Assembly: GCF_038025025.1 (NCBI RefSeq)
Contig: NW_027117342.1
Span: 992,001 to 1,056,000, forward strand
Reading direction: 5' to 3'
Origin: Phyllosticta citribraziliensis
Taxonomy: Eukaryota
DNA: 64,000 nt
In this document: positions 37,442 through 49,918 of the stretch, piece by piece
Position numbering within the stretch: position 1 is the stretch's first letter
How the letters are laid out: each line of letters opens with the position of its first letter
Notes under the pieces: model-generated
What the model was told of the DNA's origin: nothing
The model's database searches: none
The model's input: the letters and a program-made list of their open reading frames with translations, nothing else
Program-made: the position numbers and the translations under genes

Positions 37442-38900
37442 ATGGCTCACGCCGATGCTAACATTGTCGTCCTTGGGTGAGTGAACACCCCCCGCCGGCC
37501 CGACCTCTGACTGACCTCACCACCCACCCCAGCGCCGGCGTCGTCGGGCTGACCACCGCCCTGCTGCTGTCCAAGATCCCAAACTACCGCGTCACCGTCG
37601 TCGCAAAGCACATGCCCGGCGACTATGACATTGAATATGCATCGCCCTGGGCGGGCGCAAACTTCCTGCCGTAAGTCGTCACTTGGTTCTGCTCCAATGG
37701 TACAATGATCCATACCATTTCTTTTGTTGAGTTGCCCTTCATGGCTGCCTTTACTCAATCCTCCCCTCGAGTCATTTCTCTGCTTTTTTCTTTTGGCTCT
37801 GTACGACCACGGCTGCAGGGTCCCTTGTGACACTCCTCTGATCTGTCACGCTTCCTTTTCACCATCACCATCGTCACGTCCCCCTCAAACCCACCCAAAT
37901 AACACTCCCCCAGAGTCGGCGCCCCGGGCTCGCTGCTCGCCAAACTCGAAGAGCGCACGTGGCCCGAACTGCAACGTCTAGCATCGAGCGTGCCCGAAGC
38001 CGCGATCCACTTCCAAAACACGGTCGTCCAAAACCGGTCCAAGGACGTAGGCAGTGCCGTGGGAACGTGGTTCGCAGAGCTGTTGAGGACGGATCCGTGG
38101 TGGCAGTCGCTCGTGCCTGACTTCCGCGTCCTTCCCAAGCAAACGCTGCCGCAGGGCATCGACTCGGCCACGGCCTTCACCTCGGTCTGCATCAACACGG
38201 CCGTCTACCTGCCGTGGCTCGTGGGCCAGTGCCTCGCCCATGGCACCCTCTTCCGCCGCGGCGACGTCGCGCACGTAGCCGATGCCGCTGCGCTGCACGC
38301 GAGCGGGCGACCTGCTGCCGTCGTTGTCAACTGCACGGGCTTGGGCGCCCTCAAGCTGGGCGGCGTCGCCGACAAGGCCATGTTCCCGGGCCGCGGGCAA
38401 ATCGTCATTGTCCGCAACGACCCCGGCGTCATGACTAGCACCAGGTATTACTACATCACGTGTCACGGCGCCCAGTAGAGTGAATCAATGCTAACTATCA
38501 CACCCCAAGCGGCACTGACGACGGTCCTGACGAAGCCGTATACATCATGCAGCGCGCAGCCGGCGGCGGCACCATCCTCGGCGGCTGCCTGCAAAAGGGC
38601 TCCTGGGAGAGCCAACCCGACCCCAACCTCGCGAACCGCATCATGAAGCGCGCCGTGGAGCTGTGTCCAGCGCTCACAGACGGCCAGGGCCCAGAAAAGC
38701 TTAGCGTCATCCGACACGGCGTCGGCCTGCGTCCCATGCGCGAGGGCGGCCCGCGGGTGGAGAAGGAGCGCATTGGCGGCGTGTGGACCGTCCACAACTA
38801 CGGCCACGGTGGCTACGGGTACCAGTCGAGCTACGGGACGGCCGATGAGGCGTTGAGGTTGGTACAGGAGGTGTTGGGGGCCGCAAAGGCTAAGCTGTAG
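37442..38900 (+). CDS. D-amino-acid oxidase, peroxisomal, 4 exons
   Basis: [14 protein letters not shown] (FAD binding), [47 protein letters not shown]; ends AKL (PTS1). Confidence 0.95.
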
Positions 38901-39783
38901 CTGCTACGTAATGTCCACGTCTTTCTCCCGTCACTTTTTTGCTTGGTTCTTTGGTTCATCCGCTTTGATATTTGGTCAGTGGTCCAGTCGCGCGCCATGT
39001 CCCATGGCACAGCAACATCAAAGGGCATGTTGCCTATCTGCCTGCCTGTCTCCCTTACCTATGTAGGTAGCTTCTGTCCACCCAAATCACGGCACCCGTC
39101 AAACCAACGGCACAACGAGGTGTCGACGCCAAAAGAGCGCGACAGAAAGGAAAACGAAACGGCAGTGTATCCAACGCATGCCCGCGCAACATGGTAAGCT
39201 GCATGGTTTTTTCTATCAGACTGCATTCGAATCACTGGCTACACGTTCAGACTCCCGTCCTACTCGATCCTTGATGAGAATTCTGCTTGTCTAGGTTATA
39301 ATGCAGAGATTGAGGAGCCTAGTTCCCTTGTCAAGTATTCCTCCGTGTACCTGCACAAGAGGCGCTCGATTCGTTGGGACAGGGGGAAAGAGGCGCGTCC
39401 AATAAGCGTCCTGCTGGGGAATCTGCGTACACATTGCTTCACTTTTTGCACCTAGCCTTGGCGAGTGACAAAGCACTTCCACTCAACAACGTAACCGTCA
39501 TGCGACCAATAATGTGGTCCGAATTTTTGCTGCGTATTTGTATTGTATCTTGGGGAAAGGGTCGCACGCAGACCATCTTTACTTTTTTTTCCCATTTGCT
39601 ATGCTCTACCTTCCTTATCTAGCTAGCTGACCAGGAACCATGCTCCGTGCTCCAGACGCCATTTTTGAGGCTGTATCCCCCGATTTCACCAGCTTCAGTA
39701 GGCTCTCTCGCGTGCGCTGACACGAGACAGCACGTCCTTCGTTCCCGAATTTTGCCAAACCCTCGGTCATCGTGATTTTCCAT

Positions 39784-41620
39784 CTACACGCGCACGACGC
39801 CGCTCTTGCTCTTGATGCCGTCAAACACGCACGTGTTGTCCACGGGGATGTACTGCTTGGTCACGACCTTGATGACCTCCTGTGCCACCATGCCGCCTGC
39901 CACCGCCGCGATGTTGTGCATCTCGGCGCCTCCAGCGCGGACCCTGTGTCTCTGTCAGCACGACCCTGAAGCCGACGCCTCAATCATAGGCTTGGACGAC
40001 TGGTTGAACTTACAGCTCTGCAACAAATCTCCTCAGGCCCTCCTTCAACTCGTCATACTCGGCTTCGTCTTCAATGATCTGGCTCGCCTCTTCTAGCAGC
40101 GCGTCCATGAATGTCTTGGCGATACCAAACGTCTTTTCCGTGTCGGCGTCGACGTTTGCGTCGAGTGAGCCCGGCACGCACGGCGCGCCCATCAGGTCGT
40201 CTGCCTCGTGCGTGGCGACGAACTCGTCCCAGGCCAGGAACGCCACGTACAGCAAGAAGAGCGTCTCCGAGTTCTGCAGACCACTGAAGCCGGCGAGGGA
40301 CTTTGCTCGCTCGCCCCACGTCAACTTGCCTTCGCCGGCTGGGACGACGTGGAATGGACGGCCGCGGATCAGCTTGATGTGACCGGCGTTCTTGCAAAAC
40401 GCTTCAATCTCCTTCTCAGGAACCGAGCCCTCCGCACGAGTGAGGCTTTGCTCTAATGAGCGCACTGTGCCAGTGATCTCGGCAAGGTCGGAGCGCGCCT
40501 TGTTCTTGTAAATGTTTTGGAGAGCTATGTAGTCTGCGGATTGGGCCTTCATGTCCGGGAGAGAACCTGGGAAAGGGAGAACACCGTGGTTTTTGTAAAA
40601 GAGGGATATGGCGTGGGCGATGAGCCAGAAGCTGGCAGACGACGCTTTGAGGTTTTGGCACTCGTCGGCCTCAAAGACCTCGCGGACGTGGCTGCCAGCG
40701 GAGGGAGTATTCAAGCTCTTGAGAACGGCACCCACCGCTTCGTCATAATTCTCCTCGCCGCCTTCGGGGTTGTCTATGCGTGCCCTTTTGCGTACCATAT
40801 CCCTGAACTCTGTCTTTTGCTTGTAGTTCTCCGGGTATTTTCCGTCGTGGTCGGCCTTCCATTCCTCGAGATGATGCAAGAGGAGCAGCACATATGGGAC
40901 ATGACCGTGGTCGTGGTCACTCATACCATCCAGATCACTGGTCTTTTCCGCCACGAACTGGGTGAGCTCGGCCCATGGCGCTAGTAATCTCAAGTCTACC
41001 GTGGACTCTGCAGGCGGGTGGGTATCAACAATGGGAAATGCAGGTGGTAGGTGAATCGAGAAATGCGCAAAGAATCCTACGCTGTGGATGTAGAAGGTAG
41101 GAGTGCCATTTTCGCTGGCATGAGAGCTGATCTTTTGGAGAATGGAGGGGCGGACGGGCGCAGTGACGAGAATGAGAGTGTATGGCTTGAGAGCATCTGG
41201 CTTGCTGATGAAAGACTCGATGGGTTCGGTGATGCTGTGGCCCTGAACATCGGGATTCAATTCTTTGAGGTAGTTGGCCGTGTGCTCTGCTCTGAAGCCC
41301 CCAAGGTTCTCGTCTTCGAGGAAGAAGTTGACACCAAGGTCGGCGTCGCTGACAATGGCAGAGTCCTGAATTGTGAACTGGCCAATTCCTTGGTTTGGTT
41401 AGGACCTCTTGGCTGACAGAGGGGCGAGCTGCAACTCACCCGGTAGAACAAGGTTCTTCAGTGTCTCAATGCCTGCCACACCGGGACCAGAGTTGACGAG
41501 TAAAATGTGAGCATCCTCCAGAGCCTGTTGGCCGCTGGCAGCCCACAGACGGAGCTGCCTGTCGTACTTCTTTTCCTTGGAGGTGGGGCCTTGGAGAGGG
41601 GGAGGAGTGGTAGGGGTCAT
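39784..41620 (-). CDS. ULA1: NEDD8-activating enzyme E1 regulatory subunit, 3 exons
   Basis: [93 protein letters not shown]. Confidence 0.95.
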
Positions 41621-42639
41621 GATAGCGGCGCCTGAGGAGGCATGCGGGGATGTGATTCTGATGCTTTGAGGAGTGTAGTCCGCGGCGTGGAGCTTGGGAG
41701 AGCTTGGGCGCTGCCGTGGTGGGTGGCAGTCGCGTGGGGCTAACGCCTACGGTAAACTCCGAGTCGCCGAACGCTCGGGCCGGGCCAGCAGCTGCCGATA
41801 GGGCTGACGGGGAGGACGGGACTCTGGGACTCTGTCAGTTTCACCTTCAGTTCACATCTCTTTGGCATCAAAAACCTCGAACCGTCTTGACTCTTCTCCC
41901 AGAGTGAGAAACATCTTTCCAGAACGTTTGTTTTGGAGATTCTTCTCCTCCTTTATCCCGCCATGTTTCCAGCGAACTCTTTCCGCCTTCCAGCCACTAC
42001 CAGCGGTAAAAGCGGCCTCTCATTGCAGCGTGTTCCATGAAGGTGATTCCAAAACAAAACAACCGTCTTTCTCCCAGTTCGTCTCTGTAGACTGCAGCTT
42101 TAGCCTTCCACCAAATGCTCGTAGACCGATGCGCGACAGAGACCGGCCACCCAAGACGAGTCCAGATGCAGCTCGGGCCTACTCTGACGCCGATGACGGA
42201 ACCCTCCCACACTGCGCGACATCATCGCTCAGTCCAAGGTGGGGTCTTCAGGTCTCCGTCCGGACGATTACTCACGAACTTGCCGACAACTTCAAGCAAT
42301 CCCCCATCACGGCGCCTTTCCCTCCTCGTTAGCTTTCTCAGCACCTGACGCACCATTGACAGGCTACACACGGCCGTCGCTTTTCGACTTCCGCTTCTTA
42401 CCGCAGTGTCCATCCAAAACCGTTGCATGCCCCGCGCAACGATACGATTTTTCCTACCCGAACCCCTTCCCTTCCACCGTCCTACAGCTCGCCTATCCGC
42501 TGTCAATCGCCTATCCTTCGGTAGCCTCACTCAGTCCAAGAGCGCTGCTATTTGGAACCAACCGCGCTCGACGTGCAGAAAAGTCCTCAAGCCGTATATT
42601 TCGTTACCCCGCCAAAGCAAACGATTTGCCAGTAGCAAG

Positions 42640-43531
42640 ATGCCCGAGCTCTCGATTGAAGACGCAAAGAAGCAGGCCGCCCTCAAGGCCGTCGAGGAGC
42701 ACTTTGACCCCAACGCGCGCTACGTCGGCATTGGCTCTGGCACTACCATCGTCTACGTCGTTGAAGCCATCAAGGAGAAGAGCAACAACCCCGGCATTCA
42801 GTTTGTTCCTACTGGCTACCAGTCGCGACAGGTCATTGTCAAGGCTGGCCTGACGCCCATCGCCTACGACTCGTTGCCCGCGAATGAGATCCTCGACGTT
42901 GCGTTTGATGGCGCTGACGAGGTCGACGATGACCTGAACTGCATCAAGGGCGGCGGCGCGTGCTTGTTCCAGGAGAAGCTCGTTGCTGAGCGCGCAAAGA
43001 AATTTGTCTGCGTCGCCGGTAAGCTCCACTGCCCTCCCAGCTTCAGCCGTTGAGGTTGCTCATCTTTTCGTTTGCGCGCAAGACTACCGCAAGCAACAAT
43101 CCCGCCTCCTGACCCAATGGCCGAGCATCCCCATCGAAGTCGCTCCTCTTGCCGCCTACACTGTCCTCTCCGCACTCAAGCGTCTGGGCTCGCCCAACCC
43201 CGAAATCCGTACGCACTCGCTCGAAAAGTCGGGCCCGATCAAGACCGACCAGGACTTTTTCATCATCGACGCTCCATTCAAGCAGCTCATTACCGAATCG
43301 GACGTTGCTGCCAAGGGCGGCAAGGCTGGCAATGGCGAGGACGGCGTGTGGGAGGTCAACACCTTGGCCAAGGAGATTAAGAGAATCACTGGCGTGCTGG
43401 AAGTGGGCATCTTTGCCGGCGAAAACGGTGCACAGGCGCAGGCTCGCGGCGCTGCCGGTGGCCAGAAGCCTGTTGCTTGCTACTTTGGCATGCAGGATGG
43501 CAGCGTCAGTGTCAGGCTGGCAAAGCAGTAG
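42640..43531 (+). CDS. RKI1: Ribose-5-phosphate isomerase A, 2 exons (alternative upstream ATG at 42427)
   Basis: VGIGSGTT, PTGYQS, DVAFDGADEVD, IKGGGACLFQEKLVA, ADYRK, IPIEV, GPIKTD, GVLEVGIF; intron 43019-43082. Confidence 0.96.
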
Positions 43532-44063
43532 ACCACTCGGCAGGACATTGTGTTTGAGGAGTTGGAAAAGCGAGAATTTCAGCAGGGAGTTGGAGTGCAA
43601 CACTTCCTTAATACACCTTCGGCAATGTTGACTTGAGCAGGTTTCAACCGCTGTTTTGATGGATTTGCTGATGCGATAGCACGAAGTGTCCACAGGGAAC
43701 TAACCCAGTATTTTCAAGGCTACTGCTTTGCCCGCTGAGAGAGATCTATCTCACCCGAGGATTATAAATACACGACACTGCTGCGATTACAGAGTCACTA
43801 TGCCGTTGCTACCGCAAATGCTAAACGAGTGACGCAAACATCAGAAAACAGGACCAGGAAGTAGTAGGCCTAGAGAATTGTACGTTGAGTACCATCGCCT
43901 TTCATGCTAGGATCCCGTCCGCAAGAGAACGCGTCTCATGTTGAAGAGACCGCTCTGTGCCCCATCTCCCGCTCGCCAGTTCCGAAGCCAATCCAGTTAC
44001 CTTCCCCCTCAATCAATCTGGTCGTCCCTCTTCCTCCTTCCCCGCCCCCTCGTCAATCACATC

Positions 44064-45017
44064 TCATTCCTCCTTTCCCTTCGGCTCCCTCACCATGATG
44101 TCCAACTCAACCACCTCCTCCGAGCGCTGCAGATAGAGCTTGCGGCACTCCTTGAAGCCCAGACGACGGTAGAACGGCAGGTTGGCGACATTGCTGCTCT
44201 CGAGGTACGTGGCGCGGCCGTCGCGGTCCGCCTGGCACGTGACGTGGTCGACGAGCTTGCGCGCATAGCCTTTGCCGCGCGCGGCGGGCTTGGTGCCGAT
44301 GTAGACGAGGTACCAGGACGAGGCGTCGCGGTCGCCGAGCGTGTGCGCTTTGATGTCGTGCAGAAGTGGCATAAATTCGGTAAAGAAGCGCTTGCGGCCC
44401 TCGCGGCAGAGACGGTAGTAGAGCCTCCACATTCCGCTGCGGAGGAACGTCATGAGGTTCATGTCAGCGCTGTTGGGTGGCATCCTGGGAGAATTTTAGT
44501 ACATCGGTGTGTTTTGTGGGAAATTCTTCGCGGTTGAGGTTTCGCTGCTGGCTAGAATGCTAACTTACCACAGAGCAACGCCGCCGTAGTCGGGTCCGAT
44601 GGTCGTCACCATGCCCTGCGCAATGTGGCAGTAGGTAATAACCTCCATCATGAACAGATGAAGCTCCCATTTCTGCTCCGGCGTCCAGTCCTTCGTGCCA
44701 GGCGTGTCGACAAAGTAGCGGCCGACAGCATCGCTCTCGAACGCCTCGGCCAGGCAGCGCGCAGCCGCCTTGTACTCGGACAGCTCGACGACGCGGACTT
44801 GGTCTCCCGTGTCCTTTGCTGATCCCGGACTTGGGATCTCCGTCGTCGCGGAGTCGGGAACGCGCTCCGTGGTCTCCATATTGGCGTCGCCGTTGCTGCT
44901 CTCTTGCAACTGCGGCTGTGGTTCGATGAGGCCGTTGCCAGAGTCCTTGCGCTTGTTCAGGCCGGGTTTCTCGACGAGGTCGATCTCCGTGTTGGATGCG
45001 AGCGTAGTTGACGCCAT
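44064..45017 (-). CDS. GNAT-family acetyltransferase, 2 exons
   Basis: EYKAAARCLAEAF, GPDYGGVALW|MPP, WYLVYIGTKPAARGKGYARKLV (acetyl-CoA motif A), YLESSN..NLPFYRRLGF. Confidence 0.92.
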
Positions 45018-47314
45018 GATTGCGGTTTGGGCGGTTTGGTTCTACTGCGATTGATGTGGGTGCGGCCGGATCTTTTGTAAAAGGCGTCACTGATGAGTCG
45101 AGCCAGCGTGAACGGCGTGTCTTGTCTCGGCGGCGTGATTGCCAGCCAATCCAACTGACGATGCAGGGGCGCGATCAAAAAAGTGAATCAAGCAAGACTT
45201 GCTGCTGCTGCTTGAGCACTGACTGCCTGTACGGTTTGAATTAGCTGGATAGTCAAAAGACGCGTGGATACTCTCCCAGGGTCGCGCGCGGTTCATCCAA
45301 AGACAGCAAAGAAGGGTTCCTGGCACAGACGCCCGGGCCCCTGGACACGATGGACTCCACAGGGACTGGACCGCGGGGCCATGAGCTCCAGCCATTTGTT
45401 GTTGAACCTCGCGGTGGAGGATTTTGGTTTGCTCCTGGTATGGGGACCCAGTGCCGAATAGGTACCTTTTATTGTCTTTTCACGAATTTTCAGCCGGACG
45501 AATACTATCGCCTGTGTGATCAATGGACAACTGCGATCTCGAGACGCTTTCGACTCGAGACGGAAATCGCAATGATGTGAAGGCTTGACGCAAATCAACC
45601 GACATCAATATCTGGCTGCTAGGCCTCGATACCAAACGTGGGGAAGAAGTAAGGCGGAGGGCGCGCGGCTAGGGCGAAGACTTCAAAAGACCAAGCGGGG
45701 GCTTTTGAGAGACGAGGACGAGACTGTACACTCGGCGAGACGCAGGAATCTTGTTGATTGTGCTAGGGAGTACAGTATAGAATCGTGGTGGGATCTTTGA
45801 GGAGTTGCAGGACGTCACAAGACGGGGCAGGGATAACAAAGTGATACTGCTTGGCGGACAGAACAATGAGGCGCGAAGGCACAAAGACGTGGACAGCTGG
45901 AATAGCTGCAGCCAGAAGCTGTGCGTCGTAGTAAGCAGCGAAGCGTGGGGTAGAGGTGTCGCAGTGTGGAGTTGTAGAAGAGGAGTGGATGGTAGCCTAC
46001 ACGGCAGCCGCGGGATGCAGTCAAATATAGGAGGCATCCCAAGGCACTGCTTTCGTAAACCCTACGATCAATTGCCACCGAATCAGAACGAGGCAACATG
46101 TCAAAAAGCACTGGGCGTCCCTGGCTTCATGGGAGGTTTTCGAGATAGAGCCGACGGGGGTAAGGTGGAGATGTCGCCCTAAACTGCTTTTAGCAAGTCC
46201 AGCCAGATAGCGATAACGGCATCCTCTCTCTCGAACTTTGTGCAAAGGGATTCATGACAAGCCTGTCGTCACAACCACACATGGAGCCCATCTCTTCCCA
46301 GATAACGAACCGAGGCGCTTGGTCCGCTGCGGCGACGCGTCGTAACGGCTGCCGATGCCATGCAGTGCCACCTGTGGTTCCCCCGTGTGCTACCTCTCCC
46401 ATTTCCTTGTTCAACACCATGTTTGTCCAATGACGACAGTTCCAAATCCCGACTCGACAGGTACGCGGGCAGCGGCTTGGCCGACACAAGCGGGCCGTCT
46501 GGGCAATCAAGCATGTGGCCGTCAGCTCCATGGCTGCGTGGGAGACGATCCACTGCTTGCAAGACACCAGCCGCGAGTAAGACCAGCGACGGCAGCTACC
46601 TAGGCGGCGTACGACTGCCGCCCCGAGCCGAAACAAATGCATGGCGGTTGGCCACGTGAGCCCCCCATCCAATGGGAATCTCGACTCAATGTCCGTGAAG
46701 AACCGTAACCCTTGTGTCTGCCCCTCATGGATTATTCGGCAGCGTCTTTGGCGGCCCTGCGGCTTGCGAGCCGACATCCTCCTGACACAAAGCCACGTCT
46801 AACAACGACTACCGACCGATCGTCATGCTTGACTTTGGATCTCCTGTTGGCCATGCTGTGTCAAACTCAACTGCGTACGGAAACTTGCACGGAGCCCCAA
46901 CGATACACATGATTCGTATTCTGATATTACTGCGGAACCCGGCATGAAAACCTCCCAAATCCTGATTGGAAAAGATCAAAGTACGACATGATGTCAACTG
47001 CTAGGAGTATAACTTCGCTGTTCGCCAAATATCTGAATTCCACGGAGAAACGGCACGAGTGTCGAAGGAAACGGTGGTCAGGTCCAACTAGACGAGGACG
47101 ATTGCTCCTCGATTGCTCCTTGTACAGTACACAGCCGCAGTGCCAGGAGGTGTCGATTCTTCCGACGCCACTTCGACGGTGCTGGAAAGATCAGACCTGC
47201 GAATATGTTAACACTCATTGTTTGTGAGCTTTGGCATCGCACATGAAACTTCGACCAGACATACCCAGATCTGTAGCCTCGACGCAAATACCCCGCCAAC
47301 ATTCTGTCTTCCTT

Positions 47315-49918
47315 CTAATCGTCGCCTTCGTCATCATCATTATCACTCTGCTCGTCGTCGGTGTTTGTGGCTTTCTGTTTCCCCTTTCCGCCCCGTCCAC
47401 CTCGACCCGCTGCTCCTCCTCCGCGTCCACGGGTTGCTTTTGTGGTCCTAGTGGTCGCGCCTATTTGTTGTCAGAAGCTGTCTAGAATCATCGTCCAATT
47501 CTCCCGAGTCGTTGGGCTTTACCTGTTTTCTGTTTCTTGCCCGTCTGTCCTGCGTCCTCAGTATCCTTTCCTGCTTTTCTCTTGCTGCCCTTCCCATCAT
47601 CGCCTGGCTTATCCCCGGCGTCCTGTTCCTCAGTCCTCTGTTTGTCGTCTTCTTTCGGCTCAAATCTGGCCTTGATCTTGAGCACACTGACGCCATTCGC
47701 ATTCTTGACAATCTTGGCCGTCCCATCGGCATGAGCATCGGCCAGCTTCTTAATCCAGCCATCGCTTGCGCCATTGTTCACGGGAATCAAGTCGGATTTC
47801 AGAACGACTCTGAGGGGTCCATTGTTTGTTGCGCCCGTTTGTCGCGGTTTCGTCAAGTAGAATGTTCCTTGGCTCAACAGTCCTCCCTCGTCAGATTCGT
47901 CGTCGTCGGCCGGATTGTCGCCGCCTGTCTTTTTCTTTTGAGCTGCCGCGAGAGCTCTCCGGCAATTTTGAAGAGCTTTAGCATCTTGAGCAGCTTTCGC
48001 TTTGGCAGCCTTTTCGGCCTTTTCGGCCTTTTCAGTCTTGTCCTTGGCTATAGTAGCGGCCTGTGTTGCGTTTTTCTCCTTCGTTAGAGAATCGCCCAAT
48101 GTTGATTCAGCGGCCTCAGATCTAGCCTTGAATTGAGCTCTTTCCCGCCTGAGCTTTTGGATATTATCGCTGTCGGCTTGAGTTGTGGCAGCATTCTGAG
48201 CTTTGGCAAGCTCTGCTTCAGCTTTTTTGGCTCTTTTCTCGAGATCATCTTTGTCTTTTTTGGCCTTAGCAAGATCGGCAGCCAGAGCGGCGGCATCGGC
48301 CGTAGCATCACCACCATTGTCCGTGGTAGTTCCCCCAGAAGCTTTCAACTTGGCCTCCAGTTTCGCATTCTTCTGGATTTCCTTGACGAGACTGCGTTCC
48401 AACTTTTTCCTCGCTTCCTCAGCCTGTTTGGCCCTCTTCCTAGTCTTGTCTTGCAGCTCTACAACTTGTTTTGACTGTTTCCGCTCCTGCTCAAGGCGGG
48501 CGCAGACTGCTTCCAATTTTTCCTGACATGACGGTTCGTCGTTCTCGTCGCCTTCTTCACCGCTGGCGTCGCCGTTTTCGTCGCCAGCTCTTGCGGACGC
48601 TGCTTTGTACTTTTGTTTCGTCTCTGCGTGCTTTTTCTTTTCCACGTCGAGTTCGCGCCGCAAATCGCGCACTTGGCCTGCCAGCTCACTTTCTTTTTGC
48701 ATGTCAGTGTTGTCCGCCATTTCCGAACGAAATTTGGTTGGGAGTCGTCTGAAGGACCAAAGGATTGCACAGCTGGAGACTTACCTTTTGATGTTTGTTG
48801 TGTCGTTTGCCCCGTTCTTTGTCCCTTCTGCGAACGGGCAGCGTTGCATTCTTTCAACTGGGCTTCCAAGATCGCGCTTTTGTTCTTGGCCGCCTTCGCC
48901 CGTGTTCTAGCTATATCGAGCTGACCACGGAGCCAGGTGATTAAGTCGATCCTCTCAATGATCGTAGACGACAACTGATCCGCCAGAAACTGGGACGTGT
49001 CAGTCCGACGCTCAGAAGTCGCGGCACAGATGAAGAAGCCTGGTTTTACGTACCTTGATTTTGAGGAGATCCCATTGTCTCTTGCTCTCTTCATACACGA
49101 AACGTGGTTCCGGTGTCCTGTTGTTCAATTGGTCTTTCAATCGGTCCACCTCTCTCGGGTCATGCCAAAGCGTTTGGTCGAATCCATCTCCACGACAAGT
49201 CAGCATGCCGCATCTGTATTCCACTCCCGGGTTTGCTAAACTTACACTCTTCAAGCAAGTTTGAGACATGCTTCATGCATTGGTCAACTACATCGGTGAT
49301 TTCCTCATCAGTATGTCCCGGTTCGTCGTCGTCGTCATCGTCGTCGCTTCCTTCGCCGCCGAGGCCATCATCTTCCCAGTAGTTATCCTTGACAACCTGC
49401 ACGACAGGCCGCACCAACCGGTCCAAGTCTTCTTGATCAATCCCACTGGCTGGCGTGATAATCACCTCGTCCCTTTCCGCATCGAGCCTGATGAGCGACT
49501 TTACGATCAAGTCACTCGCCGCCTCACCGCGCATTGTTCGCTCCATAAGGTCGATAACTCCTTGGTCAAGATTAATGACGACCTTGTAATCCCCGACGTG
49601 GGTCAATAATTTGTTCTGATCCGCGTGGCCAGCATGATATGCCAGGGCACGCTTGGCCCTGACCAAAGCGCCAACGTGCTGCGCAAGGCTGTCCGTATAC
49701 TGCAGCCATTTTCCAATGCGCGAAGTGTCCCACTGCTCGCCGAGGAAGTCCCTCACGCCATTGGTGTCGGTGTTGGCCTCGAGGACGCCGAGGCCCTGCT
49801 CGGTGAAGATGCGGTCGAGGAACCCCAAGCTGTCGTTGACGAGGTCGAGGACTTCAGCCTTGTCGAGTTGCGGCGGAGTGTTCTTCTTAGCGACGGCGGT
49901 GCCGCCGGCGTCTGCCAT
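47315..49918 (-). CDS. Uncharacterised coiled-coil protein with C-terminal RGG box and acidic tail, 5 exons
   Basis: Four introns with donors GTAAGT/GTACGT/GTAAGT/GTAAAG and CTGAC branch sites join the ORF fragments in frame from MADAGGTAVAKK to ...RGRGGGAAGRGGRGGKGK...DDDEGDD*. Confidence 0.75.

Noticed and set aside
22004..41620. ULP1, OTU deubiquitinase and ULA1 within 20 kb as a ubiquitin-like-modifier cluster
   Set aside because: Interspersed with unrelated housekeeping genes and no shared regulatory signal seen.
41821..41947. Two 9-bp stems upstream of RKI1 (ACTCTGGGA/TCCCAGAGT and TTCCAGAAC/GTTTTGGAG)
   Set aside because: Short, lack snoRNA boxes, and cannot be distinguished from chance without comparative data.
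43529..43640. Stop-codon readthrough to a cryptic PTS1 in RKI1
   Set aside because: Stop context is TAG ACC rather than TGA CTA, and the extension ends MLT, not a PTS1.
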